Source: a virus | Taxonomy: Duplodnaviria; Caudoviricetes | Direction: 5' to 3' (one strand) | Virus record (IMG/VR): IMGVR_UViG_3300045284_000044 | Location: 1-59,545 of that record | Length of the DNA stretch: 59,545 nucleotides | Shown: piece after piece, positions 25,012 to 35,600 of the stretch | How the letters are laid out: each line of letters starts with the position of its first letter | Position numbering within the stretch: position 1 is the first letter of the stretch | Translations under genes and position numbers: made by a program | Notes under the pieces: generated by a model | The model's database searches: none | Seen by the model: the letters and a program-made list of their open reading frames with translations, nothing else | What the model was told of the DNA's origin: nothing

Positions 25012-25526
25012 TGATTAAAGTTATCGCTTTCGATCCAGGAGTAACTACTGGCTTTGCTATGGGTGAAATAACAGAAGTTGAAGGTGATATACTTGACGGA
25101 ACTCTAGTGGGCCAAATGTTAGTACAAACCGCACAGGCGGAGTTCACGAAGGCTGAGCTGTTCACTTACCTTAACACGATAGCTCCTAACCATATAGTTT
25201 GTGAGAGCTTCGAGTACCGGAATCAAGCCCGCACAGGGCTAATCCTTGAATCACGCGAACTCATTGGTATAATAAATCTATATGTTGAGTTGAATCCACC
25301 ATGCACATTGAAGATGCAGCCTCCTGGTATGGTAATAGGTAAGACAGCGTACTACACGGACGCGAGGCTCAAGCTCTCGGGCATTTACCGTCGTGGGCAA
25401 ATTCACGCTAACGAGGCTGCGAAACATTTGCTTTATTGGTTTAAGTTCGGTCCGGGATTCAAGTATAACAAGGCAGGCTTTAAGTTAAAGCAGGCAGTAA
25501 CAGAGAATAGCCCCGGCGGAGAGTAA
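25011..25526 (+). CDS. RuvC-like Holliday junction resolvase
   Basis: IAFDPGVTTGFA, IVCESF, HANEAAKH. Confidence 0.8.
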   Translation: MIKVIAFDPGVTTGFAMGEITEVEGDILDGTLVGQMLVQTAQAEFTKAELFTYLNTIAPNHIVCESFEYRNQARTGLILESRELIGIINLYVELNPPCTLKMQPPGMVIGKTAYYTDARLKLSGIYRRGQIHANEAAKHLLYWFKFGPGFKYNKAGFKLKQAVTENSPGGE

Positions 25527-25539
25527 ACCGGGGCTATTC
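25505..25539 (+). terminator. Hairpin at the end of the replication operon
   Basis: GAATAGCCCCGG...CCGGGGCTATTC. Confidence 0.5.
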
Positions 25540-25602
25540 CTGTGGTGCCCTTAGTCACCACAAACTTACGGGGATCGTGGTAACTAAGCTTTATGTAACA
25601 TC

Positions 25603-25676
25603 GGGCCTGTAGCTCAGTTGGTTAGAGCACCGCGCTCATAACGCGATGGCCGTTGGTTCGAGTCCAACCAGGCCCA
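25603..25676 (+). tRNA. tRNA with CAT anticodon (Ile2-like body, or Met)
   Basis: GGGCCTG/CAGGCCC-A acceptor; TAGCTCAGTTGGTTAGAGC; CTCATAA loop; T-arm GTTGG-TTCGAGT-CCAAC. Confidence 0.93.
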
Positions 25677-25787
25677 TGTCAACTAAGGGGGAACGATGTT
25701 AGGTGTTACAATCATACTAAGCTGGCTAGACTTCTTGATTATCTTTCTGTTGGTACTAGCCGCTTTAATCGTATTCAAACGTTATAC

Positions 25788-25970
25788 TTAGTCCTTACTA
25801 AATTCGCCTGAGTTCTTTCCACGAGGAACATTGTGGTACACGTTATACTGTGAACCAGGCTCGGGGAAAACAGTAACCTTAAGACCTTCACCCTCTGCTT
25901 CGGGAGAGGCCATTGCGTGGTCGAACTCGTCATTACCCTTCCATAGCTTGCCTACTTCAACTGACATCAT
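25788..25970 (-). CDS. Small hypothetical protein at the end of the late operon
   Basis: ATGA coupling; RBS AAGGGAG. Confidence 0.6.
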   Translation of the reverse strand: MMSVEVGKLWKGNDEFDHAMASPEAEGEGLKVTVFPEPGSQYNVYHNVPRGKNSGEFSKD

Positions 25971-26296
25971 GCTCCCTTCGGTTTAATAGGTGGCTTGCGT
26001 GGTGGCGGTGGCGGTGGCGGTGTGGGCGGTGGTATGGGTGTAGGTGTTACAGTTACAGACGCAGACATAACTTCGGGTGCAGGAGCTACAGGCATAACCT
26101 CGGGTACAATTGGAGAGCCGTTACTGATCCCGTAGACACCGAAACCTGCGATGAGTGTGGCTAGTGCGATTGTGAGCCAAGTGCGGGTACTTAATTCCGA
26201 GAATGTTTGGTCGCCTGACAACGCAGTTATTAGTGTTCCGAGAAACGTTGCTAAAACTGCAAAGATTGCCTTTGCTATTTTGCGTGCGTGACTCAT
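25967..26296 (-). CDS. Holin
   Basis: Two TM helices, GVYGISN motif, Pro-rich tail; directly follows the endolysin. Confidence 0.8.
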   Translation of the reverse strand: MSHARKIAKAIFAVLATFLGTLITALSGDQTFSELSTRTWLTIALATLIAGFGVYGISNGSPIVPEVMPVAPAPEVMSASVTVTPTPIPPPTPPPPPPPRKPPIKPKGA

Positions 26297-26323
26297 TAGA
26301 CTTCACTCTCCTTATAGTCAACA

Positions 26324-27103
26324 TTACACACCCACCCTTATGAAGTGCGTTACCGGAAAATTCCCGTGGACATAGCGCGTGTTACGTGCAACCTCGCCTC
26401 CGTTGCTATAGCTACCATCGTGCGATGACGTGTTGCCTCCTATAGCACTAAAGGTAGTACCGGGGGAAGTCCATCGTTCGAAAAATTCGATGTGCTCTCC
26501 GTTATTGTAGTCTACTAAATCACCGGGTTGAGGATTGCTAGTTAAGGCCAAGTGTCTGTGGCCCAGTCGTGCTTCTTCTACGACAGCATTGACATAACTA
26601 GCGAATCTTCCCCTCTGGAAATCGGTGTTGAAAGCGTTTGCCTCACAGTAGGTAACGAAGATACAACACCAGGCAACGCCATTGTAGCCGTACCATTCAC
26701 CAAACATTTGGTTGTTACTTTCCGCAGGTGATTCCTTTGTACCTATAAAGTTCGCGGCTAGCTTCATAGCTGCTAACTTTTTAGGCACTACCGCATGGAG
26801 CGCGTCCTCCCGCTTCTTACGATTAGCGGCGTATGCCTTGGGCAGCACCTTCTTGTGCGTTAGATAATCATCAATGATCTGACCGTAAGCATGATTATCT
26901 TTTGAGACAGGGAAGCCTAGCAGGTACTTAGCTCTGTATGCTGCGCCGGCTGTCTGTAAACCGTACACCCCGTCAATATTACCGGGATGAAAATTCTCCT
27001 TGAAGTGGTTCTGTCCTGCAAGCCGCTTCTGTGCGGTTTTGACTATATCAGGATCAAACTTTGTCGGCGGTGAAGTCATGATTAATGCTTTCTCAAACAT
27101 CAT
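26324..27103 (-). CDS. Endolysin: peptidoglycan-binding domain plus CHAP domain
   Basis: IDGVYGLQT; AWCCIFV, PQPGDLV, HIEF, IGGNT. Confidence 0.88.
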   Translation of the reverse strand: MMFEKALIMTSPPTKFDPDIVKTAQKRLAGQNHFKENFHPGNIDGVYGLQTAGAAYRAKYLLGFPVSKDNHAYGQIIDDYLTHKKVLPKAYAANRKKREDALHAVVPKKLAAMKLAANFIGTKESPAESNNQMFGEWYGYNGVAWCCIFVTYCEANAFNTDFQRGRFASYVNAVVEEARLGHRHLALTSNPQPGDLVDYNNGEHIEFFERWTSPGTTFSAIGGNTSSHDGSYSNGGEVARNTRYVHGNFPVTHFIRVGV

Positions 27104-27235
27104 CTACTCTCCTTTACTACCATTGCCGTTTTTATTACGGCGCTGCCACGCAGCCATCCCGCCCAATGCACTACCAACTCCTGCCAAGAACGCGCCTATG
27201 CCCACGAATGCACCTGATAATGAATAACCAATCAC
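27104..27235 (-). CDS. 43-aa membrane peptide (lysis accessory?)
   Basis: MIGYSLSGAFVGIGAFLAGVGSALGGMAAWQRRNKNG...; exactly fills the gap, GTGA overlap. Confidence 0.6.
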   Translation of the reverse strand: MIGYSLSGAFVGIGAFLAGVGSALGGMAAWQRRNKNGNGSKGE

Positions 27236-28347
27236 GTCAGCTTGATTACATTGCGCATTACGGGTGCGATATACGGAGCCGTAGGAGTGTATGGTGCAGT
27301 TGTAAGGCGGACATTCCAGGGATAATTATCTTCAGTCCCACTAACGAAAATCATTCCCAGATCAGGCACGTAGGTAATTGGATACCCGCCCCAATTTCCT
27401 GTGTTCGAATCATAGATAGTGGGTTCTATAGTCCATGTTACACCATCTGTGCTGGTTAAAAGTGTTGGTGCTCCACTTGTATCGAAGTTAGTATAACCCG
27501 CCAAGAGAGTATCGGGCGCTCCGGGTAGATCTAGAATTAGACCCATCTCGTTTGCAGCACCGGATACATCATAGGATGTATTCCCGAGCGTTAATGTTGA
27601 TAGATCTGGCCCCGTCATAAATGAATAACTATAAGAACTATCGGTCCCGGATATAACCCAGAGACCTAGACTTGGAACCCATTTTATATCATCTATAACA
27701 CCGCCATCAAACGGAGTGGATATAGCAGTCCAAGTATCAGCATCTGCTGACGAATATAAACAAGGCCCACTGCCAGAAGCATCTCCCCATGCATACCACA
27801 AACCTGTATTTACGGCATCATACATTGTGCCGAATCCAGTATTATAACCTAAAGTTGTAGTAGATTCAGTCCATGTTATTCCATCGGTTGATCTTAATAC
27901 TTTCTGACCAGCAAAACTAGTTCCCACTATTTTGTTTATCGTAACAGTAGCCATCCCATAATCGGGCGACCAATAAACAGTGTCTGCTTGTCCATTGGCA
28001 TGTCTAACCGTCCATGTTACACCATCAGGTGATGTGTAGATGCTAGGAAGAGTATCCACTACTGCTCCAGTAACTTCACCACAAACAATAAATAAGCCTA
28101 GCGAATCAGCCCATACAACTTTCGTGGCAAGGTAGAATAATTGAGCACCAATGTCAGTCCACGTTACACCATCAGGGCTTGTCAGAACATTGGAGCTTTG
28201 GTACTGGTTCGAACCGACTGAGACAGTATTTCCATCTCCGCCAACGCCAACCAGAAGTCCTAGCGATGGTGACCAGGCAACGCTACCCATCCGACTCTGG
28301 AAGGTAGAAGAATCCCACGGTGTGGATTGTGTTGTCCAGGTAAACAT
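27232..28347 (-). CDS. Beta-propeller (BNR/Asp-box) virion or receptor-binding protein
   Basis: Repeated TSPDGVTWT Asp-boxes and WSPSLGL blades. Confidence 0.8.
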   Translation of the reverse strand: MFTWTTQSTPWDSSTFQSRMGSVAWSPSLGLLVGVGGDGNTVSVGSNQYQSSNVLTSPDGVTWTDIGAQLFYLATKVVWADSLGLFIVCGEVTGAVVDTLPSIYTSPDGVTWTVRHANGQADTVYWSPDYGMATVTINKIVGTSFAGQKVLRSTDGITWTESTTTLGYNTGFGTMYDAVNTGLWYAWGDASGSGPCLYSSADADTWTAISTPFDGGVIDDIKWVPSLGLWVISGTDSSYSYSFMTGPDLSTLTLGNTSYDVSGAANEMGLILDLPGAPDTLLAGYTNFDTSGAPTLLTSTDGVTWTIEPTIYDSNTGNWGGYPITYVPDLGMIFVSGTEDNYPWNVRLTTAPYTPTAPYIAPVMRNVIKLT

Positions 28348-29414
28348 TATGCTAGCTTAACGATGTGGTGGAATTGCGGGTAGCTAGCTACTGATGCTAC
28401 TGTAGCTGTAGCAATTGAATGAGCCGAATCCGTGAATCTGTTTCCAACTGCGACTAATTGACCAAGTTCTGGGGAATAACAAAGTGAGTCTACTTGCCCA
28501 TCTATCGGACAATTCTCATCAGTGAATGTAGATAGATCGGTAGTAGAAAAAACTGTATGTTGAATACTACTGGTGTTGTAACCACCAAAATAAATTTTCC
28601 CGTTGGCTTCGCATAGACAAAGACATTCTCCGGGATTGTAAGGGCTTGTGGATACATCAGACCATGTTATACCATCAGATGAATACCCTATTGATTTAGT
28701 ATTGGATATATTACTTCCTACGACAATGAATTTGCTTAAGATTGTTGACCATATCACACAATATGCGAATCCACCATTCATTCCATTGCCACTTGCATCG
28801 CGGCTAGTCCATGTTACACCATCAGGAGAGGTTTGAATACTATCAAAGTTAGGTGTTATCGCACTATCTCCACAGGCGACGAAAATACCTGCTGTACTAG
28901 ACCATGCAATATCCCAAATAGCTGAAAATGCGCTTGCACTCCATGCATTAGTTTGAAGTGTCCATGTTGCACCATCGTCTGATGATGTCTTTATAATTGG
29001 ACCCGGTGTATTCTTTTGATTACCTGCAACCCATATACCAAGATCAGGAGAATACTCAAATCCGGTAGGTCTGTGTGCATTCCAATCTGTATCTGATATT
29101 TTTGTCCAAAGAATACCAGATGTTCCATTGTTCCTGTAAAGACCTGTTCCTGCATTACCACCACCACCATGCAGAACAGTAGGAACAGAATCTCTTAGGG
29201 CAAGACGGCCATATCCACCATCGCCGCTAGCGTTCGAAGAACCATGACCTGACCAACTCAAACCATCAGTCGAGAGAAGATGTTGGTCACCAGCACCACC
29301 AACTGATAGTAGCAGAAGAATGAACAAACCCATATTGGCAGACCAACAAGTTTTAGCATCACTGATGCTGTAACTATCTAATGCCGTGGCTGGCATTGTC
29401 CAGGTAAGTGGCAT
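28347..29414 (-). CDS. Beta-propeller (BNR/Asp-box) virion or receptor-binding protein
   Basis: SxDGxTW repeats. Confidence 0.8.
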   Translation of the reverse strand: MPLTWTMPATALDSYSISDAKTCWSANMGLFILLLLSVGGAGDQHLLSTDGLSWSGHGSSNASGDGGYGRLALRDSVPTVLHGGGGNAGTGLYRNNGTSGILWTKISDTDWNAHRPTGFEYSPDLGIWVAGNQKNTPGPIIKTSSDDGATWTLQTNAWSASAFSAIWDIAWSSTAGIFVACGDSAITPNFDSIQTSPDGVTWTSRDASGNGMNGGFAYCVIWSTILSKFIVVGSNISNTKSIGYSSDGITWSDVSTSPYNPGECLCLCEANGKIYFGGYNTSSIQHTVFSTTDLSTFTDENCPIDGQVDSLCYSPELGQLVAVGNRFTDSAHSIATATVASVASYPQFHHIVKLA

Positions 29415-30367
29415 TAGACCAGTGAGATTTCGTTATTCATCACAGGATAGTTTGTACTGATTGGGGTACATGAGAACGTCCAAGTCTCGGAGAAGAAGGT
29501 ACTAGAATCCTGTCCTATGAAATAAAGGATTCGACCAGTAACTACGTCTCTGCAACTTTTACCTGCACCTACTGTGGGGTTGTTAGTCGGAGTTAACTGC
29601 GTCCAATCTGTTCCATCCCATTCCCAAGTCTCATCCATAAAAGCAAGACTACCGGTTTCGCGTCCTCCTACACCTACAACAAATCCACAGTTGGACGAAT
29701 CGGCCATGGAAAAAAGGTTTCTTGATGATGGAGCATGGGCTGTACTTATATGTGTCCAGTCTGTGCCGTCCCAAACCCATGTTTCTTGGACATCTGTGCC
29801 GCTAGAATTAACTCCACCCCACATAACTATATTGTTATTCGTGTAATCAAAACACATCGAGGTTGTATCACCGCGAAGTGCTGGGCTGTGGGTAGGACTT
29901 TCCTGGTGCCAATCAGTACCATTCCAAGTCCATGTATCAAAAAGGAATGATCCGTCAAATCCACCGAATAGAACTATCTTACTATTGGCTGCATCATAAG
30001 CCATGAATCCGATCGCTCTAGCAGAAGGATGATGGGTCGGAGTAAGTTGAGTCCAGTTTGATCCGTCCCACTTCCACGTATCACTTAGAGTAGTCAGCGA
30101 CGCATTGATTCCACCGAATAAGATTGAATGTCCTCTTGCAGTATCATAAGCAAATCCAGGAGAATTTCTCTTTGAGGGTGGTGATGCAGGACTCATATCA
30201 GTCCAATCAGTACCATCCCATTCCCACGTATCTTGTAGGTAATCGGTAGTTGAAACCTTACCACCGCCCCACAGAACTACTCTATTTCTTGACTCATCGA
30301 GAACTAACCCACCAGGATATCTGATGGATGGAGTATGGGTAGGAAACTGTTGGGTCCAGTCACTCAT
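29414..30367 (-). CDS. Kelch-like beta-propeller protein
   Basis: Repeats of AYD...VLFGG...DTWxWDGTDW. Confidence 0.85.
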   Translation of the reverse strand: MSDWTQQFPTHTPSIRYPGGLVLDESRNRVVLWGGGKVSTTDYLQDTWEWDGTDWTDMSPASPPSKRNSPGFAYDTARGHSILFGGINASLTTLSDTWKWDGSNWTQLTPTHHPSARAIGFMAYDAANSKIVLFGGFDGSFLFDTWTWNGTDWHQESPTHSPALRGDTTSMCFDYTNNNIVMWGGVNSSGTDVQETWVWDGTDWTHISTAHAPSSRNLFSMADSSNCGFVVGVGGRETGSLAFMDETWEWDGTDWTQLTPTNNPTVGAGKSCRDVVTGRILYFIGQDSSTFFSETWTFSCTPISTNYPVMNNEISLV

Positions 30368-30969
30368 GTGAATGTGATAACAGAGGAACCCATATATAAT
30401 ACCTGACTGTCTGCCTGAACATTAGCTGCCGCGAGGGCGCTAAAGTCATTAAACATATACTGTATGGGCTGATCTTTAGCTGGAGTGTAACTGGACGGCA
30501 ACGAAAAGATTGATTGGAAAATAGTCTGCCCTGTATGGCCTCCGCCTAACAGTAATGCCTTATCGAGTTTGGCAAAAGCTAATGGATTCGCAGGGATTGT
30601 GGTGCCGTTGTCAAATGGGACAGGGCCAGGTGTATCGCCTGTTGCATATGGATGAGGGTTAGCAGCAAGTAATGAATCAATACCATCAACTCCTGTAGTA
30701 CCTACGTAGATCCAGTCAATGTTTATTCCTGCAAGCTGCCACCAGCCGTTAGTATCATCGTAAGCCCATGCTGTCTTAGGCTTACCTGTAGCTGGATCGG
30801 CTATCGCTAACTGACCCTGCACAGCCTCAGTAGGCAAGTTGTCTGGATCATATGATGGGGTTGTCAATATCTTGTTTGACTCAATACTATGTATTCTACG
30901 TTCGTGTTCTTTGATTCTCCAATGGAGGAATTCTTCGGGGGAACTGGGAGTTTTCTTGTTGTATGGCAT
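30364..30969 (-). CDS. Minor tail protein
   Basis: Position after the hub gene; IFSLPSSYTP motif. Confidence 0.65.
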   Translation of the reverse strand: MPYNKKTPSSPEEFLHWRIKEHERRIHSIESNKILTTPSYDPDNLPTEAVQGQLAIADPATGKPKTAWAYDDTNGWWQLAGINIDWIYVGTTGVDGIDSLLAANPHPYATGDTPGPVPFDNGTTIPANPLAFAKLDKALLLGGGHTGQTIFQSIFSLPSSYTPAKDQPIQYMFNDFSALAAANVQADSQVLYMGSSVITFT

Positions 30970-30974
30970 GTTGA

Positions 30975-32168
30975 TTAACCTTCGTCGACGAACGCCTCAC
31001 CGGACGTATCGTAAATTTGATTTTGTTGTATGCTAACTCTACAGCCACCCTGGTTATCGAACTGACAGTCCATGGCAGCTATGTGGTGTGCTGATTGGAT
31101 ATGATGGAATCCATTTCCCAAGACGAGATCAATCCAAATAGCTCTACCAGGTTTGAAATTGGTCCAGAAGTACCCATCGCTGATTATGGTATCAACAACG
31201 TGAGGATCTGCTACCAGTGGGATTTGATGTATGGGATTTAAGTCAAAGGCAAACTTTTCCTCAACTCTATCGTCGGTCTGAGTTCTAGTTATGGCATCGT
31301 CAAATTGATATGCTTCGTCTAGACGCCAGAATACTTCCTGATTTTCTATGTTCCCCTTGCATACTACGTTACGACCAGTAGTTCCATCACCCTCACCCTG
31401 TATATGAGTCTCAGCAGGGCCGCTGTTCGTGAAGTCTAGTTGAAGCGGCGGGCCTGCGTCATCGAACGTATAAATGAGATTGCCATCAGCTGGGTTATTC
31501 GCAATGGCATCAGGGTCGCCGTACCAAGTCGGTGTTGCAATCCTAAATATCCGATCGTGAGTTATCTCGAATGCAGTACCAGCGCCGAGAGAACATACAT
31601 TCTTCACGATGTCTAATATCTTGGTGTTGTCAGCAAGAGAAAGCTGGAAGTTTTTGACTATACCTGTGGGAGCTAGAGTGTACGTCAATGGAACTGAATT
31701 AGGGCGAGCAAGCACAATGTCCAACATGGTAGTGAGAATGTCAGCTACATCGGCATGGTCGGAGTATGAGAAACCTAGTGGTGGCGTATGTCCTGTATCA
31801 CAGTAGTCCAACCAGTGAGGTCTACGTCCATCGAATGGCCAGAACCTACGGTTTAAATATCCCAACCAGTCTACACCTGAGATTGCCAGGAATGGCCTTC
31901 CATACGCTAGATTAACTGATGATATCAGGCCGGATGCTATAACTATAAAAGGGCCATAGCGTAAGCGCCAGCCATTTTCCCAGGGACTAAAGTAGTTGAA
32001 CCCCTGAATAACAGGGTTACCTGAGGTATCTAGTGCTGTGTCAGTCAGTTCAAAATCAATTGTGCTAACTTCACCGTCATTGAGAACCAGGTGTAAGTTC
32101 TCAGGATTGACAGTTTGAATTACTGTCGTTAAGTCATGGTCTAGTATATCAACAAAGTATTCCTGCAT
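30975..32168 (-). CDS. Minor tail / baseplate hub protein
   Basis: Second gene after the tape measure; DWLGYLNRR. Confidence 0.7.
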   Translation of the reverse strand: MQEYFVDILDHDLTTVIQTVNPENLHLVLNDGEVSTIDFELTDTALDTSGNPVIQGFNYFSPWENGWRLRYGPFIVIASGLISSVNLAYGRPFLAISGVDWLGYLNRRFWPFDGRRPHWLDYCDTGHTPPLGFSYSDHADVADILTTMLDIVLARPNSVPLTYTLAPTGIVKNFQLSLADNTKILDIVKNVCSLGAGTAFEITHDRIFRIATPTWYGDPDAIANNPADGNLIYTFDDAGPPLQLDFTNSGPAETHIQGEGDGTTGRNVVCKGNIENQEVFWRLDEAYQFDDAITRTQTDDRVEEKFAFDLNPIHQIPLVADPHVVDTIISDGYFWTNFKPGRAIWIDLVLGNGFHHIQSAHHIAAMDCQFDNQGGCRVSIQQNQIYDTSGEAFVDEG

Positions 32169-32182
32169 ACCGTGTTCCTAAT

Positions 32183-32665
32183 CTACGCCCAACGGTATGT
32201 ATTAGTGGGTGTAGTAGCTCCTGTGAAGTAGGGCTGGAAGCAAAAGAGAGTAACTTGGAACAATGAGTAAGCTCCCTGTGTCCACGTTAACGGGGCATCA
32301 AAGTCCTGAGTCACGTAGCCGACTTCCCATACCTCGCTTTGTCCTATAGGCTGCATACGGAACGTGCCCATAGTCTCGACGCTAACGAGATCGTTGTAGT
32401 TGTCGCCAAACAGAGCACGAACCATTTGATTGCGGTGAATGACATAGTTGGTACGACTATCCGCCAGTATTGATCCTGACATGGTGATAGTCATTCCACC
32501 GCGATATACGAAAGTCGGCCACAGCCCGTGGGTCTGCATCTTTTCACGAGACGTATCAATACGTTCGTCTACGTGAACATCGAAATCAGATAACGGGCTG
32601 ATATCCTGATTGAACTGGTAAATAACTGAATCGTTGTTTTCAATGAGGGGGTCAGTAGTCCACAT
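32183..32665 (-). CDS. Distal tail (Dit)-like protein
   Basis: Directly after the tape measure; ITMSGSI...FQVTLFCFQPYF. Confidence 0.7.
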   Translation of the reverse strand: MWTTDPLIENNDSVIYQFNQDISPLSDFDVHVDERIDTSREKMQTHGLWPTFVYRGGMTITMSGSILADSRTNYVIHRNQMVRALFGDNYNDLVSVETMGTFRMQPIGQSEVWEVGYVTQDFDAPLTWTQGAYSLFQVTLFCFQPYFTGATTPTNTYRWA

Positions 32666-32667
32666 GA

Positions 32668-35600
32668 TTACCCGTTTTGCAATCTAAATAGGACTTTCTT
32701 AACAGCAGCTTTGTCATCTGCGCTAACACCCTTGCCGTTGAAATGGAAGTGAAGATGATCTGCAACCTTGCGGGGCTGGTTGACGTTTTGTGTTCCTCCA
32801 CCACCGCCATGTGGATTAGCCTGTCTCTCTAATCCAGGGAACATCTTTCTAATCATCTGCTCAAACACACCAGTTAGTTTTACGTTCTCGCTCTTGATTC
32901 CGCGAATGATAGCATTGGCGATCTTCTTACCGTGAGATTCGTAGATCGTCAATTGAGCATTCAACTGCTTCATGGTCGTGGTCTTGATGATGTGCTGTCT
33001 GGCATTCCAAGTCCTGACATATTCATCCCACTTAGCGGGATGCAGCTTTATTAGTGCTTCGATATTAGCCTTTTCCGATGGCCCCATCGCCCGGAACGCG
33101 TCAATCATGGCCTTAGGCGCACCACGCTTACGCAACTTGTCTAAATCACTGTTGAACCTTCTGAACTGGAACAACTGTGCTTTGGCATCTTTGAGTATGT
33201 CTACACCTCTAGGGGCAAATCCAAACTGTATACCAGTCTGCACCATCCTGCCCTGCATCCACGGCCCCTGGAACAAGTCTCCCATATTCTGCTGATTCTG
33301 CTGAAGGAAGTTATCATAGATCTGCTGAATACCCGAGACTAGATCCTTCTGCTGCGAGATGGCATTCTGCTTATTCTGCTTCATTAGATCTAGACGCTTC
33401 TTATCAGCATTGTTTACCTTGTCCAGGTACTTGCTGATGTAGTCCTGCGAGGCTTCAGAAGCATAATCTGTATTGAGTTTATCAAGGGCGGCAAAATAGG
33501 CTCTAGCATTAGTGAGTGTACCATGAAGGCTGTATGCCTTCTGTAACTTTGCTACAGCTTTGATACGAGAGTCGATCAGTTTATCCGAAGCCTTATCTAC
33601 AACTGTGCTTGTATCAGTAAGCTTACTGATACGGTCGTTAATATACATCTGTGATGCATCGGAAGCATAAAGTTTATTAAGTTGGTCCATACCGGCCTGA
33701 TACTTCTTAGCATCAGCAAGTGTACCACTAAGATCATACGCTTTCTTAAGCTTCACGACAACATCAATGTAAGAATCAATCTGTGACGCGGCTCCCTTAT
33801 CCATACTCTTAGCAGCCTTTTCAGCTGCTTTGCTAGTCTTGGTCCAACCCTGTTCTAGTGCGCTAAGATATTCCATAGCCGCAGCATATTGATTGCCCTT
33901 ACTAGCTTTTTGAAGCGCGTCTTGAGCATCCAAAAGTTTTTGAAGTTCTCCTCTTGAAGGCATCTTCTCGCCCTTAATAACCTTGTCAAGAGAAACTACC
34001 TTCTCCCAAAGTTTATTCCAATTGGCGGTAAGGGTAGCTGTGTGTGTAGTTGCAGTAGCAGCAGCAGTAGCCATGCCCCTAATATCAGCTGCGCCCTTAC
34101 GAATACTTTGGTCGGTCCTCTTTGGAATGACTTCAGCTACACCAACAGACTTCCCGTATGCCCTATTTAAGAATGCAGAAGCATAATAATAGGTTCTTAG
34201 TAATTTAGCCGCGTCGGTATCTCCGGCTTTAGCCATTTGCTTAAGATCTGATAATTTGGGGGTAACTGTCTTAACAGTTTTTTGCATATCGGATATAATC
34301 TGCCTAGAAAAATCACCCCCGATACCAGAAGATTTAAAATCAGGCCCAGCTTTCTTAACTACATCAGACCATGACATTTTATTGGTGCCGCCACCACCCA
34401 TCCATGATGGCAATTTATCAATTTGATGGCTAATCCACTTATCAATGGCGCCCTTGTGCGTGAAGATTTCCGTAACTACAATTGCTACAGCAATAGGGCC
34501 CATTCTCTGAATTGACAGAAGCATGAGTCTCAACAATCCAACTTCTTTAGTAGCAACTTGTGCCGCAGTTGCTACTTTCCCTAGCCCAGTTACTAGCTTT
34601 AAAAGACCCCATGCAGTTAAAGCAGTACCAATCATCGTGACAACATTCTTTAAACCACCTAGGGCATTGACCACTTGCATAGCCTGCTTATGCCAATGGA
34701 TAAATGCCGCAACAATAGCCACGATAACAGTTAGCCATATTGAGAATTTGGCTGTCGCAGAACCCGTTTCTTCACCAAGCTTTGCAATATTCAGGGCCTT
34801 CACGTTAATTACAAGTTTTAGAATAGATCCAGCAAGAACAGCAATCGTGCCGCCGATAACCGCCGCAGCAGAACCAAAGACACCCCAGACTGCTATAGTC
34901 TTTTTAGTCCCCTCACTTAGACCGTTGAACCAATGTAAGAGTTGAACTATAGGCTTACCTAGCCTGATGAAAGCGGGAATAGCTTCACGTCCAACAACAA
35001 TAACAGCGGCCTTGATCTGGTTCAACATGATCTGCCATGCAACGCCAGGCGACTTACTTAGGGCCTTGAACGATTGATCTAATTCATTGTTGTCGGAGTT
35101 AACCTGCTTTGATACTGTCTGGTATTCCTTGAAGTTGTTAATCAGGAAGGCGAATGCGCGCTGTGCTTGAACTGTGCCTTTGTTACCCTTGCCGTCGCCA
35201 CCCAGCGCAGTTATTGTTTTGAAAAAGTTTAACGCATTGACGCCGCGAAGATCAGCCTTCTGCTTGATTTGTCCAATGATATTAAGCAGCGGCTTCATCT
35301 TCATAGTAAGAGGATCTATCGCCTGAATACCTAACTGCTTCATCCCTTCAATAGCATCGGGATTGGCAAACTGCTGGATTAAGCGACCTAAGCCCTGTGC
35401 ATCGCGTGTCGTACCGCGTGCGCCGGTTTGGCGTGTCAGTACCGCCATAGCATCGGCAACATCGGTAAAGCCTAACCCTGCTTCCTTAGCCATACCTGCA
35501 ACGTAAGAAAGCGAACCAGCGAACTGGCCCGCATTCATACGTCCAAACCGCACAGCCGCAAAGAAACGTTCCATTGCGGGATTCAAGGTCTTGAACTCGT

